NCBI GenBank assembly: GCA_965223795.1
Contig: CBDCXL010000001.1
Coordinates: forward strand, 416,001-480,000
Length of the DNA: 64,000 bases
From: Nitrospinales bacterium
GTDB taxonomy: Bacteria > Nitrospinota > Nitrospinia > Nitrospinales > VA-1
Reading direction: 5' to 3'
Part shown: positions 61,401 to 64,000 of the stretch, in pieces
Layout of the letters: each line of letters begins with the position of its first letter
How positions within the stretch are numbered: position 1 is the stretch's first letter
Notes under the pieces: generated by a model
Database searches by the model: none
What the model saw: the letters and a program-made list of their open reading frames with translations, nothing else
What the model was told of the DNA's origin: nothing
Position numbers and translations under genes: made by a program

Positions 61401-64000
61401 CGGAGACGGCACCGGCTTATTCCAAACCAATATCAGCCTCACCCAGGCGGGCAAGCCCGGCAGCATCGCCATCGACGACATCAACGGCGACGATCACCTG
61501 GATGTCCTGCTGTTCCTATCGGACAACGGCAGCGTCGCGGTGTTCATCGGCGATGGGACGGGATTTTTCCCGCTGCCGGCGGTGATCGCCGTCAACGAAT
61601 TCAGCACGACGGGGCTGCCCCTGCAGATCGGCGACTTCAACGGCGACACGGTGACGGACATCATCGGCAAGGACGCGCTCGACGAAACGAAGATCAAGAT
61701 CCTGTTCGGCGAATCCACAGGCGAAAGCCCGCTCGGGGATTTTTCCACGCTGCAGAAGAATCCGGACGGCAGCTTCGTCCGCAACCTGAAAGACGGTACG
61801 GAAATCCACTTCGATGCCAGCGGCCTGCACACCTCCACGGTGGACCGGAACGGCAACGCCACCACGTTCGGATACGACGTGAGCGGTCTGCTCACCAGCA
61901 TCACCGATCCGGCGGGCCTCATCACTACGCTGACCTACAGCAATGGGAAGCTCAGCAGCGTCACCGATCCGGCGAGTCGCGTCACACAGTTCACGCACGA
62001 TGCCAACGGCAACCTCACCAGGATCACCGATCCGGACAACACGGTGCGCCGGTTCGATTACGACGCGCGCCATCGCATGACCTCGCAGACCGGCAAGCGC
62101 AACGTCGTCACCACCTACGAGTACAATTTTGCCGGGCGGCTGGTGCAATCCAGCCTGCCGGACGGAACCACGCGCGAAGCAACGCCCAGCCAGGTCGTGG
62201 GCCTCGTCGATCCCGCAAGCGGTCTGGGCACGCAGGGCAACCCCGCGCCCTTTGTGCGGCCGGATGAGGTGTTCGCCACCTTCACCGACGGCAACGGCGA
62301 GGTGGCGCAATTCATCCTCGACAAGTTCGGCTCGGCCACGGTCGCCGTCGATCCGCTCGGCAGGCAGACCGACACGGTGCGCGACGAAAACGGCAATCCG
62401 TTGACCGTGATGCAGCCTAACGGTGCGCTGCGGACATCCCTATTCGACGCAATGGGCAATCTTATCTCGTCGACCGACAGCAGCAACGGAGCGGTTTCTC
62501 AATTCACGCACGATCCGGTTTTCAACCGCCTGACGTCTTTCACCGACGCGGAAGACAACGCCTACCTGTTCAATCTCGATGCTGCGGGAAACCTGATCGA
62601 GGTGATCGACCCCGAAAATACGAAAACCACGCTGACCTACGGGGAACCCGCCTGTCCGGGCATGTCCACGCAGCTGACTCTCGGCGCGGGCCTGCCGGAG
62701 GCAAACACGTTCACCCGCACTCTGGATGCCGCGACCTGCAACGTCGCCTCACGGCTCAATCCGCTGGGGGACGGTAAAGTTTTCGAATTCGATGCCGCTG
62801 GGAATATAACAAAATCGGTGGACGCGTTGATGCGGGAAAGCCGCTTCACCTACGACGCCATGAACCGGCTGGTCAAATCCATCGATCCTTCCAACGCACT
62901 TCCCGATCCGGCCTGCGGCACCGCGGGCGTCACCTGTTTCGACTACGACGCGGCGGGCAACACCGCGCAGGTGACCGACGCGAAGGGACAGACCTTTTCC
63001 TTTGAATACGACGCCGTCGGCCGCCTTGCCAAAGAGATCGATCCCTTAATGCGGGAGACCCTGTTCGTGTACGACGGCAACGGCAACCTGCGTTTCATCA
63101 CCGACCGCAAAGGGCAGGTCAGGGAATTCGTGTACGACGCGGCGGGGCAGCTGGTGCAGAAGATCCTGCAACCGGGAACACCGGATGCGGCAATCACGGC
63201 TTATCAGTACGACCTGTTCGGCCGGGTGATCTCGGCGGCCGATCCCGACAGCGCCGTCACCTCCACGTTCGATCCTCTGGGACGCATGCTCACGACGTCC
63301 ACCCTCGGTTCCGCGAGCCAGCCCAGCGTCACGCTGGCGTTCACGCACGATCTCAACGGCAACCGGCTGACGCTGAACGACGGTCTCACCGGAACCACGC
63401 AATACATCTACAACTCGCTGAACCAGCCCGAATCGGTGACGCACGCATCCGGAAGCGGCGCGGCGTTCGCCTACGACGCCGTGCACCGCCGGACGCAGAC
63501 CGCCTACAGCAACGGCACCACGGCGGTGCGGCAGTTCAACGCAGCCAGCCAGGTGACGGCGATCGACCATCAACTGGGGGCATCGGTGTTCTCCAGCTTC
63601 GGCTACAGCTACGATGCGTTCGAAAATCTCGACGGCGCGACGCTCGACCGGACGGCGGCGGGCATCTCCAAAACGCTGAGCTATGGCTACGACGCACTCA
63701 ACCGGCTCAACCAGGCGACGCGGCCCGAAACCGGACTGCCGGATGAAACCTTCGGCTACGACGCGGTGGGGAACCGGCTCACGCGTGACGGGCAGATGGG
63801 CAATTCCATCTTCGACGGCGCCAACCGCCTGCTGGAAGACGGCCTGTTCACCTACAGCTACGACAACAACGGCAACCGAACTTCGCGCACGGACAAAGGC
63901 TCCGGAGCGGTGACCGAATACGCCTACGACGCCGACGACCGCTTGATCCGGATCGAGGAAAAACCGGACGCCGTGAGCCCGCCGACGCAGACCACCACAT
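58456..64000 (+). CDS. Giant secreted YD/RHS-repeat (teneurin-like) protein with FG-GAP repeats; runs off window end
   Basis: Not in ORF track (no stop). GAGGA RBS, signal peptide (..VPVSA), open frame of more than 1840 codons; seven DxNxDxxxDL repeats at 60.7-61.7 kb; YDxxGRL/YDxxGNL repeats from about 61.8 kb. Confidence 0.92.
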   Translation, partial: MTRSLLNTTAVMLAVLTVAVPVSAQTQFDPQGFSILARNSVWLKKGSVTVNGKVGVNEATGGPFLNSSSALVVGKSAQVLGAAALLADSTKVKGNAVVDGTIFFNTLTNNGTLNGAQNSPLALPLVPSLPPFNAGTPGTTDIVVQKNQTRTLAAGDYGGITVKKGGTLIFTGGLYQIKLIDARVNTKLLFRAASEVRVKESARTKSNSTVGADAGANLTASDILFHVEGADTLSELPVVKIGVNNNVLGHFYAPHGTIWLKRGSNARGAFFANNVKMGNFTNITLDEGLPPGTNRLSGRVLDASDAALGATTPVVGAAVSLLGTAFTTTTDINGNFTLSGIDVGAPVLDIDALNASPAPDGSLYASFREEIVIAAGANVVERPFFLPRIDASSLTTIDPAQNTVVTNSNLNVSLTVLADSAKNQDGTDFTGQISISEVPRGFAPAELPEAIDPGLLITIQPVGLSFDPPAQLTFPNLDQLEANTQTHLWSLDPETGRFAVVGMGEVRADGTAIDTVSGGIPASDWHTVLDTPRVPLGGEFDLNNDSNQDREMEEECEVGSVSVLHKGSLSVEHATASHRSFGISRSLRFVYNSLNADPQPILTSATSIASLSSLPVTFSASLRVDGAPQGNEVFMSSAGMDPDADETLRQALQFDASGFATGRYPYRISLADNYLFSRVLNFQFGNVLVNNQIDSPFGAGWGLDGLQRVHEQEDNSIVLTQGDGSIKVFQTERTGTGTFVNPVLAGGDGATGVIQKPADFNNDGVQDLAVGGITTGDIAILLNDGQGNFTLTSTTPAGPQGFRFISGDFNNDDNIDLIAANESVDTITLLLGDGTGGILSTSAFPSGNGARALAAGDFNGDNNLDVAVSNSAAGSVGIHLGDGAGGFSALQSETATGDFPSSIFAVDVNNDDNLDILVLNITGKSTSTLFGDGNGGFSSPATFPVGGVSISQINVGDFNADGFPDLALGDTSSTQNRFIVRRGDGTGLFQTNISLTQAGKPGSIAIDDINGDDHLDVLLFLSDNGSVAVFIGDGTGFFPLPAVIAVNEFSTTGLPLQIGDFNGDTVTDIIGKDALDETKIKILFGESTGESPLGDFSTLQKNPDGSFVRNLKDGTEIHFDASGLHTSTVDRNGNATTFGYDVSGLLTSITDPAGLITTLTYSNGKLSSVTDPASRVTQFTHDANGNLTRITDPDNTVRRFDYDARHRMTSQTGKRNVVTTYEYNFAGRLVQSSLPDGTTREATPSQVVGLVDPASGLGTQGNPAPFVRPDEVFATFTDGNGEVAQFILDKFGSATVAVDPLGRQTDTVRDENGNPLTVMQPNGALRTSLFDAMGNLISSTDSSNGAVSQFTHDPVFNRLTSFTDAEDNAYLFNLDAAGNLIEVIDPENTKTTLTYGEPACPGMSTQLTLGAGLPEANTFTRTLDAATCNVASRLNPLGDGKVFEFDAAGNITKSVDALMRESRFTYDAMNRLVKSIDPSNALPDPACGTAGVTCFDYDAAGNTAQVTDAKGQTFSFEYDAVGRLAKEIDPLMRETLFVYDGNGNLRFITDRKGQVREFVYDAAGQLVQKILQPGTPDAAITAYQYDLFGRVISAADPDSAVTSTFDPLGRMLTTSTLGSASQPSVTLAFTHDLNGNRLTLNDGLTGTTQYIYNSLNQPESVTHASGSGAAFAYDAVHRRTQTAYSNGTTAVRQFNAASQVTAIDHQLGASVFSSFGYSYDAFENLDGATLDRTAAGISKTLSYGYDALNRLNQATRPETGLPDETFGYDAVGNRLTRDGQMGNSIFDGANRLLEDGLFTYSYDNNGNRTSRTDKGSGAVTEYAYDADDRLIRIEEKPDAVSPPTQTTT

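Overview
A 64-kb chromosomal window from a GC-rich (roughly 60% by eye) diderm bacterium. Its gene style (many LRR, NHL and pentapeptide-repeat proteins) resembles Nitrospinota, which is an inference only. In order: topA (partial) and dprA; a short TolC-like gene preceded by a candidate structured sRNA; an M50 protease and proA; secreted LRR-NHL-LRR repeat proteins; a GT2; the trp operon (E-G-D-C, an inverted lipoprotein gene, then F-B-A); two beta-propeller paralogs and a third LRR gene; a moxR/DUF58/batABCDE cluster split by a yccA-protease-small protein insert; a YdeP-like molybdoenzyme; several regulators; and ampG. The most unusual locus is a tight operon of motB (with a ~280-aa N-terminal coiled coil), class I adenylate cyclase, motA and a pentapeptide-repeat protein, with no flagellar genes in the window. 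After it come an exosortase, a PEP-CTERM VIT membrane protein and creBC, preceded by a phased array of TTCAC repeats, and the start of a giant teneurin-like YD-repeat protein with an FG-GAP propeller (partial, missing from the ORF track). A family of self-nested palindromic repeats occurs at five intergenic sites. No rRNA, tRNA, CRISPR array or transposase was recognised. All family assignments come from motif recognition by eye, not from database searches.
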